A stretch of DNA of 63,645 bases, the filler included, from Dicyema japonicum (lineage: Eukaryota > Animalia > Dicyemida), in assembly GCA_011109175.1 (NCBI GenBank). It is 7 parts of 7 records of this genome, joined end to end, with 100 filler letters (N's around TTAATTAATTAA, not from the genome) between each part and the next. Parts side by side here need not be neighbours in the genome. Positions count along the whole stretch, not along the records: positions 39,745 to 52,602 come from RDEW01000221.1; positions 52,703 to 60,212 come from RDEW01000263.1; positions 60,313 to 61,987 come from RDEW01000114.1; positions 62,088 to 63,645 come from RDEW01000032.1; 3 more parts are not named here. One strand, given 5' to 3'. The translations under genes were made by a program, and so were the position numbers. Below, piece after piece: positions 51,275 to 63,645 of this stretch; position 1 is the stretch's first letter, and each line of letters opens with the position of its first letter. The notes under the pieces were generated by a model. It worked only from the letters and a program-made list of their open reading frames with translations, was not told the DNA's origin and did not search any database.

Positions 51275-52460
51275 TAAAACCATTTTCCTATACAACTCTG
51301 GGACCTGGGCCACCTCAAAAGAGGAATTGGAGAGGCTAGACTCGTTTCACAGGAATCATCTAAGAAACATAACTGGAATGTCCTGGTCATTCAAGATCTC
51401 GTGGAAAGGACTATACAATAAGTGTGACTGTACACCATTAAGTCTCGAGATCATTAGCTCTCGTTGGAGACTTTTTGGACACGTCCTGAGGTTGGACCCG
51501 ACATCACCCCCGAATATCGCAATGGAAGATTACTACTCCTCCAATGTAAAACGCTTTCGTGGAAGACCGAGAAAAACCTTCCCGGTCGTTTTACAAAACG
51601 ATCTGAAAGCTGCAAAGAAAACATTGGCATCGGGCGACGCCCTGGACACACAGAGTGATCTGGCTAAGAACAGAAAAGCTTGGAGCAAGCTAACTCTTTC
51701 TCTTGTATTTTTTGCTGCACATGCGGGGCTATAAATATTATGGATCTCGTGAAAGTGCTAATAATAATACTCAACAACACCTGCCTGTTCGCTATTCGAT
51801 TCTGGCTGCTGAAACAACTCCGAGAGCACATTTTCCAATTGAGCCCTCTGCCCATACGGCATCTCCGGGCTCTACCTCCTATACTCCATTGTCAGGATCT
51901 CTAGGGTTCGCTTTAATACAGTGAACTGTAGATAGGCCTAGAGCTTTCTATCTAATTAAAATCCATTACTTATTAAAAAATAGTTAATTTTAATTTATTG
52001 ACTGAATTAAATTTTTATTGACCTGCCGATTAAATCAAGTTTGGACATACTGAATTGGTTGAATACTAACTCTCATAGTCTAAAGACAAAGGTGATCTTG
52101 GAGTTTGGAAAGGTTGGCTAATTCCTCTACCGAAACTTTGAAAACTGGAGGTCTCACAGGTAACCTAAGACCAATTGTTTTATTGTCGACCTTACGGAAA
52201 ACACTTTCTATTATTACATCGAATCAAAAATAGTCAACAAATTGACAAAGCGGATTCAGAGAATGAAGGTCTACCGCATACGTCATCTGGACATACAGAT
52301 GGTCTGGAGCTTTATGCCAAAAATACAAGAAATGTATAAAAGTTCTTTGGATCTACATGTCTCATGCATTTTATTCTGTCCACAGAGGCATACTCATTAA
52401 AATTTTGAAAACTTTTCTCAACACCGATGATGTTAGAATGATTTTCATACTCATAGAAGG
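51275..52460 (+). mobile_element. RTE-type LINE fragments (3' end 51275-51734; RT piece ~52100-52460)
   Basis: LYNSGTW..LDSFHRNHLR..RWRLFGHVLR..RGRPRKT; NLRPIVLLSTLRK. Confidence 0.75.
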
Positions 52461-52702
52461 TTTTACCGTGGTATTGGATTGTTAAATAAATAAATTAACC
52501 AAAAACCACTGTCATAGTCAGAATGAGAAAATTCAAATGATCCCGGCCTCCCTCAGTAGTCTTTGCATCTTTTCCTGGTGTGTCAGACAGTATTCCGACA
52601 CANNNNNNNNNNNNNNNNNNNNNNNNNNNNNNNNNNNNNNNNNNNNTTAATTAATTAANNNNNNNNNNNNNNNNNNNNNNNNNNNNNNNNNNNNNNNNNN
52701 NN

Positions 52703-53402
52703 GATAAGTTCATCAATAAACATCACGAGATTTTAGCGAAACGACATCTTTAGGTAAAAAGGTCATCTTTTTTAAATCTTATAAAAATTGATTTTACCAA
52801 GGTCCTCGACATCTTAAGGTAAAAAATCATCTTTTTTAAATCTTATAAAAATTGATTTTGCCAAGGTCCTCGACATCTTTAGGTTCAATTTAGTTGAATA
52901 TATATTCTATTATAATTATTTTCTTTTTTGCCTTTTGAAAATAAATCTTTCATTTTAAAGTTAAATATAAATATTAAAAAAAATAAATGTTTACCTAAAG
53001 ATGTCGAGGACCATGGTAAATTGTTCACTTACCCATAGGACCCTTTAAAATCAATTTTTATAAGATTTAAAAAAGATGACTTTTTTACCTAAAGATGTCG
53101 AGGACCTTGGTAAAATCAATTTTTATAAGATTTAAAAAAGATGATTTTTTACCTAAAGATGTCGAGGACCTTGGTAAAATCAATTTTTATAAGATTTAAA
53201 AAGATGACTTTTTTACCTAAAGATGTCGAGGACCTTGGTAAAATCAATTTTTATAAGATTTAAAAAGATGACTTTTTTACCTAAAGATGTCGAGGACCTT
53301 GGTAAAATCAATTTTTATAAGATTTAAAAAGATGACTTTTTTACCTAAAGATGTCGAGGACCTTGGTAAAATATCTCGTGATGTCTATTGATGAACTTAT
53401 CC
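52703..53402. mobile_element. Foldback-type MITE: long inverted arms built from 64-nt tandem units (Merlin-like)
   Basis: Units ACCTAAAGATGTCGAGGACCTTGGTAAAATC... start at 53087, 53151, 53215, 53279 and 53343, with inverted copies at 52742-52885. Outer IR GATAAGTTCATCAATA.ACATCACGAGAT pairs with 53372-53402, which ends in CC. Confidence 0.75.
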
Positions 53403-53421
53403 AAAACCTGAGAAATTTAAT

Positions 53422-53492
53422 TGGAGGCCATTTTGAATGGAGGCCATTTTGAATGGAGGCCATTTTGAAAGAGGCCATTTTGAATGGGAACC
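53422..53492. repeat. 16-nt tandem repeat x4, likely a transposon subterminal array
   Basis: TGGAGGCCATTTTGAA x4, then TGGGAACC. Confidence 0.75.
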
Positions 53493-54988
53493 GGATTTTC
53501 AGTAGATCTTTACGTGTCATGAGAAGCACATGTGCATAATAATGATTTTTTGGGATTTCTTGAAGGGGTATTGATATCGTTTTCATGAGATTACTCGCCT
53601 TCTCAGTCTCTTGTCCGGACGTGAATAGATAGGTGACTGATTTTTTGTGTTAATCGATAGTCGGTTGTACTTAACAAACCGTATAGTAATCTAAACGTTG
53701 AATTCCCTCCTGATCGTGCGAGTATTTCCGATTTCGTTTTCATTTCCCACCATAGAAGGCTGGTTAAGATTGAGTTAAAAGAGATAGGTGAGAGTGGTGA
53801 TTCTTAGAAGGTAATTATGAAGAATCCGTGATATCCAAAGTAAACGAATCCCTCAATCACTAAGGAAGTGAGCCAGCCAAGATTAAAATTTCTAGAGACT
53901 CCAATTTGAAAATCTTCTACACGATAATTTTAATNNNNNNNNNNNNNNNNNNNNNNNNNNNNNNNNNNNNNNNNNNNNNNNNNNNNNNNNNNNNNNNNNN
54001 NNNNNNNNNNNNNNNNNNNNNNNNNNNNNNNNNNNNNNNNNNNNNNNNNNNNNNNNNNNNNNNNNNNNNNNNNNNNNNNNNNNNNNNNNNNNNNNNNNNN
54101 NNNNNNNNNNNNNNNNNNNNNNNNNNNNNNNNNNNNNNNNNNNNNNNNNNNNNNNNNNNNNNNNNNNNNNNNNNNNNNNNNNNNNNNNNNNNNNNNNNNN
54201 NNNNNNNNNNNNNNNNNNNNNNNNNNNNNNNNNNNNNNNNNNNNNNNNNNNNNNNNNNNNNNNNNNNNNNNNNNNNNNNNNNNNNNNNNNNNNNNNNNNN
54301 NNNNNNNNNNNNNNNNNNNNNNNNNNNNNNNNNNNNNNNNNNNNNNNNNNNNNNNNNNNNNNNNNNNNNNNNNNNNNNNNNNNNNNNNNNNNNNNNNNNN
54401 NNNNNNNNNNNNNNNNNNNNNNNNNNNNNNNNNNNNNNNNNNNNNNNNNNNNNNNNNNNNNNNNNNNNNNNNNNNNNNNNNNNNNNNNNNNNNNNNNNNN
54501 NNNNNNNNNNNNNNNNNNNNNNNNNNNNNNNNNNNNNNNNNNNNNNNNNNNNNNNNNNNNNNNNNNNNNNNNNNNNNNNNNNNNNNNNNNNNNNNNNNNN
54601 NNNNNNNNNNNNNNNNNNNNNNNNNNNNNNNNNNNNNNNNNNNNNNNNNNNNNNNNNNNNNNTCACAAAAGAACAGTTCTGGTTTCAATCGATCTGACAA
54701 AATCATTTGCCAGCATTTCTCATGCGGTCTTCTAAGATAAGATTAGTTCATCAAATATACTTTTGGTTTGACAGTCCTGGTTTACAAATTTCCTATCCCG
54801 AATACCGAGTAAATTATGTTTTCATCCCCATATGTCCCGATTTCGCTATATTCAAGCGGTTTTCTTCAGTGATCTGTTCTTTCATCATCACATATTAATC
54901 TCTGCCATTCAAATGATTTAGAAAGTGCTCCTTTACACCGATGACCTTATAATTGCATCAACGGATTAAAAAGTTCAATTGTCATCAC

Positions 54989-55868
54989 TTGGGCGATTTT
55001 TTGACTTTATAAATCGGAAATTTTGAACTAAAAAATTGACTTTATTGAAAATTTCGAAATTTTGATTTTTTGACTTTATGATAAATTTATCTACAAATTT
55101 TTTTTAACATAAAAAAAAACTAATCAAAATCCTTATTAAATACAGAATCATATAATTCGAGACGTTTTCGGGTTTAAAATTTCGGTTTTTAGATAGTAAT
55201 TTTCCCAATAAAGAAAAACTTCTCTCAACAGATAAATTTTTTAAGAGAGTTTTGTCTTTAGACAAAAATCTCCTCTCCATCGAAACTTTCGATTATAATT
55301 TTTCTGTGAGAGAATATCGGATTTGACAAAAGCCTTAATTAGTGACTTTATAGACCCATGTGTCGGTAAATGAGACGAGTTTTATGGTATTGACACCTGT
55401 AAAATAGTAATACATGTAATAAACCTGCTAATTTGATATGCTTTTTAGAGGATCTATGTGATTCAATAAAAAATTTGTTTTTTTGCAGCTACAAATGTCC
55501 CGCATAAATTAAAAAAGATTTCCTTGTGAATTGATAGAAAATACATCAGGATATTTTCAAACACAAAACTTATTCTTTTCAATTACACGCTTGATTGAAC
55601 GCGGAATCACAGTGAATGATGATAATTGATTCACGCTAGTATTTTATTTAAAAACTCAAAAAAGTAAAAAATAAAAAATAAAAATTAATAAAATTTTTGA
55701 CTTTTTTGACCTAAAAATTAAATTTTGACCTTTTTGACATTAAACGAAATTTTGACTTTATAACTTTTGATTAATATAATATTTTTGATTAAAAATACGT
55801 TTTTTATAAGTTTTAGACAATTTTAAAGAACATATCAATTTTTGACTTTAATTGACAAAATTGCCCTA
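54989..55868. mobile_element. hAT deletion derivative, copy 1
   Basis: T(T)GGGCGATTTT ... AAAATTGCCCTA, with the same flanks as copy 2. Confidence 0.65.
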
Positions 55869-56524
55869 GTAATCATATAATTTCCAGACACATTTGAATT
55901 TAGTTTCCGACTGCATGGTCACAAACTGGATGTCTCCTTCCACATCAAAATCCTCTATAACAATATATACAACAGGACGGAGACAATTCATTGACACGAA
56001 TATCCTTCGAACTGTAGCTGGTCACTCTAATGGTCAACAAAGAGAGTTTCAAACGCTCATGTACAAGCAATTCATTAAGATGACACTGAATTATCTCTCC
56101 CCAACGTGGGCTCCACGCATATCACCCTCAACTGTCTCTAACTGGGAAAGTAGTTTGGGTCTTCTTTTCCTGCCCTGAATTACCAGGAATCGACGTGAAA
56201 GTAATGTAGCTTTGGGAGCATTTTGTCTTTTAACGGTAGCCAGTTTTCTATGTTAGCGAAACTGGTTAATACTTTAATTTATAGCATTTGGATGCCCTAA
56301 TTATTATTGATCGATTAGAAATGACTCGTAATTAACAATTCTCTTTAGGTTTGCTTCTCCACACACTGGCTACTTAGTTAAATATTTCTCTTAGTTCCTC
56401 TTTCCTTCTCTTCTTTTTTGAGTGGTATTCTGACATCCACTTGTCTCAGATAATATTGGCATAAAAAAATAATCTCGATCAATAGAGATTAATTTTTAAG
56501 ATTAAAAAACGAACTGAAGATCTA

Positions 56525-56605
56525 TCCTGTCGGATCGGCTCAATGATCCTGAGGGTCACCAAAAATCCACGGGAGACTGGATGGCTTCGAGAGCGTATCT
56601 CAATA
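56525..56605 (+). mobile_element. CRE C-terminal fragment
   Basis: RIGSMILRVTKNPRETGWLRERISI. Confidence 0.65.
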
Positions 56606-57219
56606 TCTAAAAAATCTCCATTATGGTCTGTAGGCATTGAGCACGCAATTGAGTTATCCATCATGATTTTTCCTGGAAGAGCCAGTTTTATCGATTATCT
56701 AAATGACTTCGGATTCGAAAACACTAAGGATTTATTCTTTTATCAATTAAAAATAAATTTAACACAAAAACAGTTCTTATCAAAAATAGTTCCAAATCAC
56801 AACATGCTTTTCGTCCCCTTCCCTCGACACTTCCCATCTCTCCACCTTGACGCAGTTTCTTTCCGGCGGTCTCAACAATTCATAATTCGAACTTCTAAAA
56901 AGAACAGTTCTGGTTTCAATCGATCTTACAAAATCATTTGCCAGCATTTCTCATGCGGTCTTCTAAGATAAGATTAGTTCATCAAATATACTTTTGGTTT
57001 GACAGTCCTGGTTTACAAATTTCCTTTCCCTAATACCGAGTAAAATATGTTTTTATTCCCACATGTCTTGATTTCGTTATATTCCAGCGGTTTTCTTCAG
57101 TGATCTGTTATTTCATTATCACTTTTTAATCTCAACCATTCCAATGATTTAGAAAGTGCTCCTTTACACCGATGACCTTATAATTGTATCAAAGGATTAA
57201 AACGTTCAATTGTCATTAT

Positions 57220-58600
57220 TAGGGCGATTTTTTTGACTTTATAAATCGGAAATTTTGACCTTTTTTGACTTTATGATAAATTTATCTACAAATTTTTTTA
57301 ACATAAAAAAACTAATCAAAATCCTTATTAAAATACAGAATCATATAATTCGAGACGTTTTCGGGTTTAAAATTTCGGTCTTTAGATAGTAATTTTCCCA
57401 ATAAAGAAAAACTTCTCTCAACAGATAAATTTTTTAAGATAGTTTAGTCTTTAGACAAAAATCCCCTCTCCATCGAAACTTTCGATTATTTTTTTTCTGT
57501 GTAATTTTTTTTAATAATAACGGCCTGTTTCCATCCAAATCCCCATTCTAGTTAGAAAAACTTCGGATGGATACCTGATTTCAGCAAATTTTTCTCTTGG
57601 TGTCTTGTTTATGACAGCTGCGGCCTTTATCTATGAAATTAAAAAAATCCACATCTCTAACATATCCTCTTACGTTAAGGCAATAGTTATTAAGATGAGC
57701 ACATGTTACAAAATGTAAATTCGTGTATAAAATCTTCAATACTTGTAAGGCAGCTAACATGTATTTGGCTGCATCCGATACCAGTAATACAAAATTATCG
57801 AGATCTATCGCAAAATCCCAAAGCACATCGTCAATTATCTAACAGACAATCGAAGAGTTAGCTGGAAAAGACAATTGACGGCAAGATATTAAAAATATTT
57901 TCTTGGGATCAGAAATTCTACCAATAAGTGTATTAACATATTTCTGTCTCCGGATATCAATTTCGTCAATAAAAACAAATTTTTTCAGATCTATAATAAA
58001 TGCAAATAAAACCTAAAAAATAGCTTAATTCTGTCAAGCTGCATCTACCATAAAATTTCTACACTTTTTCGACGTGGGTAAATAAAAGGAAGATTATGTC
58101 CAATACTCTCAAACAAGTCTCGTAAGCCTTTAGTGTTTAACCAATGCAAGAGAATATCGGATTCGACAAATGCCTTAGTTAGTGACTTTATCGACCCATG
58201 TGTCGGCAGATGAGACGAGTTTTATAGTATTGACACCTGTAAAATAGTAAAAAAATAATAAACCTGCTAATTTAATATGCTTTTTAGAGGATCTATGTGA
58301 TTCAATAAAAAATTTGTTTTTTTTTTGCAGTACAAATGTCCCACATAAATTAAAAAAGAGATTTCCTTGTGAATTGATAGAAAATCCATCAGGAGATTTT
58401 CAAACACAAGACTTATTCTTTTCAATTACACGCTTGATTGACCTAAAAATCAAATTTTGACCTTTTTGACATTAAACAAAATTTTTACGTTATAACTTTT
58501 GATTAATATAATATTTTTGATTAAAAATACTTTTTTTATAAGTTTTTGACAATTTTAAAGAACATATCAATTTTTGACTTTAATTGACAAAATTGTCCTA
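57220..58600 (-). mobile_element. hAT element remnant (DUF659-type transposase), copy 2
   Basis: TIRs TAGGGCGATTTT / AAAATTGTCCTA; degenerate 8-bp TSD GTCATTAT/GTAATCAT; FVLLVSDAAKYMLAA..LYTNLHFVTCAH. Confidence 0.75.
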
Positions 58601-59461
58601 GTAATCATATAATTTCCAGACACATTTGAATTTAGTTTCCCACTGCATGGTCACAAACTGGATGTCTCCTTCCACATCAAAATCCTCTATAACAATATAT
58701 ACAACAGGACNNNNNNNNNNNNNNNNNNNNNNNNNNNNNNNNNNNNNNNNNNNNNNNNNNNNNNNNNNNNNNNNNNNNNNNNNNNNNNNNNNNNNNNNNN
58801 NNNNNNNNNNNNNNNNNNNNNNNNNNNNNNNNNNNNNNNNNNNNNNNNNNNNNNNNNNNNNNNNNNNNNNNNNNNNNNNNNNNNNNNNNNNNNNNNNNNN
58901 NNNNNNNNNNNNNNNNNNNNNNNNNNNNNNNNNNNNNNNNNNNNNNNNNNNNNNNNNNNNNNNNNNNNNNNNNNNNNNNNNNNNNNNNNNNNNNNNNNNN
59001 NNNNNNNNNNNNNNNNNNNNNNNNNNNNNNNNNNNNNNNNNNNNNNNNNNNNNNNNNNNNNNNNNNNNNNNNNNNNNNNNNNNNNNNNNNNNNNNNNNNN
59101 NNNNNNNNNNNNNNNNNNNNNNNNNNNNNNNNNNNNNNNNNNNNNNNNNNNNNNNNNNNNNNNNNNNNNNNNNNNNNNNNNNNNNNNNNNNNNNNNNNNN
59201 NNNNNNNNNNNNNNNNNNNNNNNNNNNNNNNNNNNNNNNNNNNNNNNNNNNNNNNNNNNNNNNNNNNNNNNNNNNNNNNNNNNNNNNNNNNNNNNNNNNN
59301 NNNNNNNNNNNNNNNNNNNNNNNNNNNNNNNNNNNNNNNNNNNNNNNNNNNNNNNNNNNNNNNNNNNNNNNNNNNNNNNNNNNNNNNNNNNNNNNNNNNN
59401 NNNNNNNNNNNNNNNNNNNNNNNNNNNNNNNNNNNNNNNNNNNNNNNNNNNNNNNNNNNNN

Positions 59462-59800
59462 GTCTGCAATTTCAATCAATTCTATAGCGCCGGCATAATG
59501 ATGAACATGGACATAATCCAAAAAAGATCAGGTCTTCAGTTCCTTTTTCAGAACTAGATTTTTTAAGGATTCCTGAAAAACCTTAAAATCCTCACAGATA
59601 ACAGGGCTTTGATTAACATGATGGTAAAGCATATCATATTTTGTCATTGATGAAATGACTGAAATATTTCTGGTTCGATGGCCCCTTCAGAAACATAGGC
59701 AAAGGATTTTGAAATAAGTCTTCCTCGTCTTGGTCAAGAAGATACGATTTTGTCAATAAAAACAAATGACCTTCGTCAACATTAACAATGTTTGAGCATA
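59462..59800 (-). mobile_element. IS630/Tc1-like DDE transposase remnant
   Basis: FVFID..RRGR..RNISVISSM..IFLDYVHVHH (degenerate DNARIH-type motif). Confidence 0.5.
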
Positions 59801-60461
59801 GTCAAACCTACTATCAATAATTTTAGTTTTACTGGTTTTCCCCATTCTGGCTCAGCGATCCCCGTTTTCAATGTATAATGAAAGTCCATCAAGCATTTAT
59901 GAATTTTGCTGAGGCTAGTGGTTATTGAAAATTTTTTCTGGTAATTTCTAACCAATTGATTTGGTGCAATAGTTTAATCCTTCATCCTCCAAAAACTTAA
60001 CGCATTGTTTTCGTCCTGCGATAAGTTTCGTCTCACTAAATTGATTTGATGCAATAGTTTTATCTTTCATCCTCCAAACACTTAACGCATTGTTTTCGTC
60101 CTGCAATAAGTTTCGTCTCACTAACACCACCACGATAACTTGAAATGAAACACACCTTGTTTTAGAAAAATTTCGAAAAAAATTTCTAAAACAGTGGCTC
60201 GTCGCAGATTCANNNNNNNNNNNNNNNNNNNNNNNNNNNNNNNNNNNNNNNNNNNNTTAATTAATTAANNNNNNNNNNNNNNNNNNNNNNNNNNNNNNNN
60301 NNNNNNNNNNNNTGAAGAGATCACATGTGTGAAATAGACATAATTAATCAGAACCACGTCATCAGTTCAACCAACTCTAATGAATACAACATTTTATTAA
60401 AAATTAATAAATTATAATAATGTAAAATTTACTTTTAAAATATTTAATTTAAACGTGGTCA

Positions 60462-61939
60462 ATGTTAGTTTTGTTCGAGACATCATCAGGATATGCTATA
60501 TTCAAAGTAATACCCATAACTGACACTAAGATTCTCAAAGAAAAGAAACTACAGGAGAGTGAAAACCTACATAAATACTTTGAAACTTCTGAGTCAGCCA
60601 GGAAAATGTATTAATTCTTTACTATTTCAGTTTACAGCTAAAAAACTTCACCCCCTTTAAAAATCTACAAGAATCAATCCGTTCGACTTCCAAAACAATC
60701 GACGGGAAGATCTCTAAGCGACTAAAAAAGTCACTAGCTACTGTTGATGAGCCTCTCTGTGTTGGGGATGCCCGCCTAGCTAGCCTACTCAAAGTCATGT
60801 TATCACTCATTGTAGTCCTCATGTGGAATTGATTGTGTTAGTGGGTCCCATGTTGTAGAGCTCATGCGCTGCATCCGTGAGCACGTGGATGAATTTCTCC
60901 CCAAAGAAGTCCCTCTCAGCCTTACCCACGGACTCTGCCGCTATAAATTGAAATTCTCTCCTGACAAGGTGGACCTAATGATTGTACATGCTGTGGGTAG
61001 TTGTCTGTTTTATTTCTTAGGCCTTCTTGACGACTTGGATAAAGAATTGAATAATTTTGTTATGAGATTGAAAGAATGGTATGGTTGGCATTTCCCAGAG
61101 TTGGCAAATATAGTGAGTGACCCCCGCATTTATTCTGAATTGGTTCGTCAGCATGGAAAGAGAGATGATATTTTGACTTGTGACTTGTCTACTTTATTAA
61201 CGACTGAGGACGAAGAGCGGGTTAAATCGGCTATTCATACCTCTATTGGACTTGACTGTTCTGAGGATGACTTAGATTCTATAAAACAGCTCTGTAACCA
61301 CGTGATTACTTTGTCGGACTACAGAAATCACCTCACTCAGTATTTGAGTAATAGAATGATGGCTTTGGCTCCCAATGTAAGCATCCTGGTTGGTGAACAC
61401 GTGGGAGCCCGTCTAATTGCCCACGCAGGATCATTAATTAAACTGGCAAAGCAGCCAGCTTCGACTGTGCAGATTTTTGGAGCAGAAAAGACATTGTTTC
61501 AGGCATTAAAGTCCAATAAAAACACCCCCAAATATGGATTGATATACACGAGTCAATTGGTGTCACGGACTTGTCAGAAATTAAAGGGAAAGGTCAGGTT
61601 GGGGTTCAATTTAGGCCTCACGGATGTTGGCAGCTAAAGTGAGTTTGGCATCACGAGTGGATGCCTTGGGAGAGGAAGAGAGTTCTCTGGGAGTGGAACA
61701 CAAATCTCTTCTTGAAGGTCGACTAAAACAGTTGGAGGAGTGTGAGGTTTGTTTGTTGAGTTAGTTAGAATGTGAGGACTAGTGGGAGTGTAGGAAGGAC
61801 GAATAAGCATGTACCTCAAAGGTTATTGATGTGGTTGAATTGTAGGGAGTTTATTACATATCGTAGTGAGGGTGACTCTACTATGGGTAAACGAAAGGGA
61901 ATGGGTGATAATTCTAATGCAAAGAGACCTAAACAGTGA
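60462..61939 (+). CDS. NOP58: Nucleolar protein 58 (box C/D snoRNP), 8 exons
   Basis: MLVLFETSSGYAIFK, RYKLKFSPDKVD, LLDDLDKELN..MRLKEWYGWHFPEL, STVQIFGAEK and TPKYGLIY. Introns of 24, 23, 22, 24, 22, 22 and 24 nt; stop TGA 61937-61939. Confidence 0.95.
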
Positions 61940-62087
61940 TTAATTTGTTTTAATAAATTTGTTTTTGTGAATAATGCCATTGAGCGTNNNNNNNNNNNNN
62001 NNNNNNNNNNNNNNNNNNNNNNNNNNNNNNNTTAATTAATTAANNNNNNNNNNNNNNNNNNNNNNNNNNNNNNNNNNNNNNNNNNNN

Positions 62088-62304
62088 ATTCTTGCCTCCG
62101 GGACCGGTACCGATTTACTCATGTTGCTGTCGAGTCATCAGGAGCCGTTGGTACAATGACGACTGAGTTCTCGCGCTAACTCGGAGGAATGCTTCCCAGA
62201 GAGAAAAAGATCAACAAGAAGGGTTCTGGCTGAGACAAAAGATTGGATTAACAATACTCCGAGGGAACTCGTTTGCGATCCACGCAACCGGCTTCCTCAA
62301 CTAA
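62088..62304 (+). mobile_element. CRE-clade 3' end
   Basis: DRYRFTHVAVESSGAVG..WLRQKIGLTILRGNSFAIHATGFLN*. Nucleotide similarity to 10455-10590. Confidence 0.8.
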
Positions 62305-63645
62305 CATTTGTTTCTTTGAAAAAAAATTAATGTTTATTTTTTCAAAAATTGAAAATTTTTAAGTGCTATATTTATTTTTTAAACGTTAGGCCGCGTGGCT
62401 CCGTGTGGTGCTATGTGACTAGGTGGTCATAAATTTTTTTCCTTCATTGGATCTACCCTACTGCCTGGCCGGCATCAAGAGGATCCAATTATTCTTCCCC
62501 GGGGGACAATTTCGTTACCTGGAGACAAGTTCTGGAATGCTAGAACGAGTCAGGATAAAGGAGTTAGTTAGTTTGGTTACCCTTGGTCTCTAGAATAATT
62601 TAATTTTTTTAACTTGTTCTGTCTAAAATCTTCTTTGTGAAATTCATCTCTCGCTTAAAGACTCATTTCTATTTTAGTTTCCTTTGGTGTTACACTATCA
62701 TGTTCATTAGTTATTTCTCAAGACTAGGATCTCTCCATCATTATTTACGTCAATCAGGGATACTGACAATTCAGAATATAATATTTATCTCATTTCTATT
62801 TTAGTTTCCTTTGGTGTTACACTATCATGTTCATTAGTTATTTCTCAAGACTAGGATCTCTCCATCATTATTTACGTCAATCAGGGATACTGACAATTCA
62901 GAATATAATATTTATCTCTTATGTTTCATGCTAGAATTTAGTCATCGTTTAGTGATGCTTATATTCCTCCTATATAAATATCAATCTCCTCAGTTCTTCT
63001 CCGTCCCTTTTCGCAACTGACCACTGTAATGTCAATTTATAATAAATTCAAAAAACTAAGCTTATTTGTCGTTAAAAAGACTTGATCTTTGATATTTGAC
63101 TGTCAGTTCCAAAACACGTCTCGTGTGACAAATCTGTGTACGTCTTTAGGCAAAAACAAGCAGAGCATAGCAACTGTCCACAGACAGTTTTTTAGAACAA
63201 CAATAAACTATGCCTTGCCTGTCTGAAATTGTTTTAAATCAATAACCAACAAAAGTTTACCATAAAAACAATTACTGACTGTCTTTAAACCTCTTATATC
63301 GACCACTTTCAAAAATTTTACCCATCACTTGCATTGCGAATTACTCCCTCATAAACTTCTTATTATATCTTGATAATTGTAAAACGTCACACCATCTGGA
63401 TCATAGCATGTGACGCTCGCAAATATTAGAAAGAGCATAACTACCATGAGACAAAACTAGCATTTTCAGACGAAACTCTCACATTCAATTTCTCAGACAT
63501 ACCAGATCCATCCTCTGGAGTATGTTTTATTATTTACCAGTTTCAACAATTGAAAAAAGTAATTGGAATTTTTTAGTTATAAACAAACTCAGTGATTTAA
63601 TAAAAATAAACAGAAAATTGTTAAATTTCAACGCAATTGTGATAA

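Noticed and set aside
53046-53370. CRISPR-like array
   Set aside because: The 64-nt units are contiguous with no unique spacers, the context is eukaryotic, and there are no cas genes.

Overview
Eukaryotic, AT-rich, repeat-dense DNA made of seven unrelated scaffolds joined by artificial 100-nt N44-TTAATTAATTAA-N44 linkers. The segments are 1-12708, 12809-27712, 27813-39644, 39745-52602, 52703-60212, 60313-61987 and 62088-63645. The ORF track is fragmented because the real genes contain many tiny spliceosomal introns, mostly 21-27 nt. Splicing by hand recovers WASHC1, a minimal TSEN54, a DAPK1-like kinase with ankyrin repeats, an FMNL-type formin (3' part), ADCK5, FEN1 (3' part), DRG1 and NOP58, all in the standard code. 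DAPK1 architecture plus ~23-nt introns suggests a reduced metazoan parasite such as a dicyemid or myxozoan (inference). The rest is decayed mobile DNA: CRE, RTE and Jockey/I-type LINEs, tRNA-SINEs, pogo/Tigger, Tc1-like, hAT, Ginger2 and a foldback MITE. The most notable observations are: (1) a ~3.1-kb CRE retrotransposon with an 11-bp TSD whose body is inverted relative to its last ~130 nt, with codon-exact continuity across the inversion; (2) 22-24-nt introns with no consensus beyond GT/AG, several in-frame and stopless; (3) a C-rich to G/T-rich strand-skew switch inside genes; (4) a TIR element enclosing an intron-containing gamma-tubulin-complex gene fragment; (5) apparent GT-AA and GC-AG introns in TSEN54. 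All identifications come from manual motif recognition; no database searches were run.
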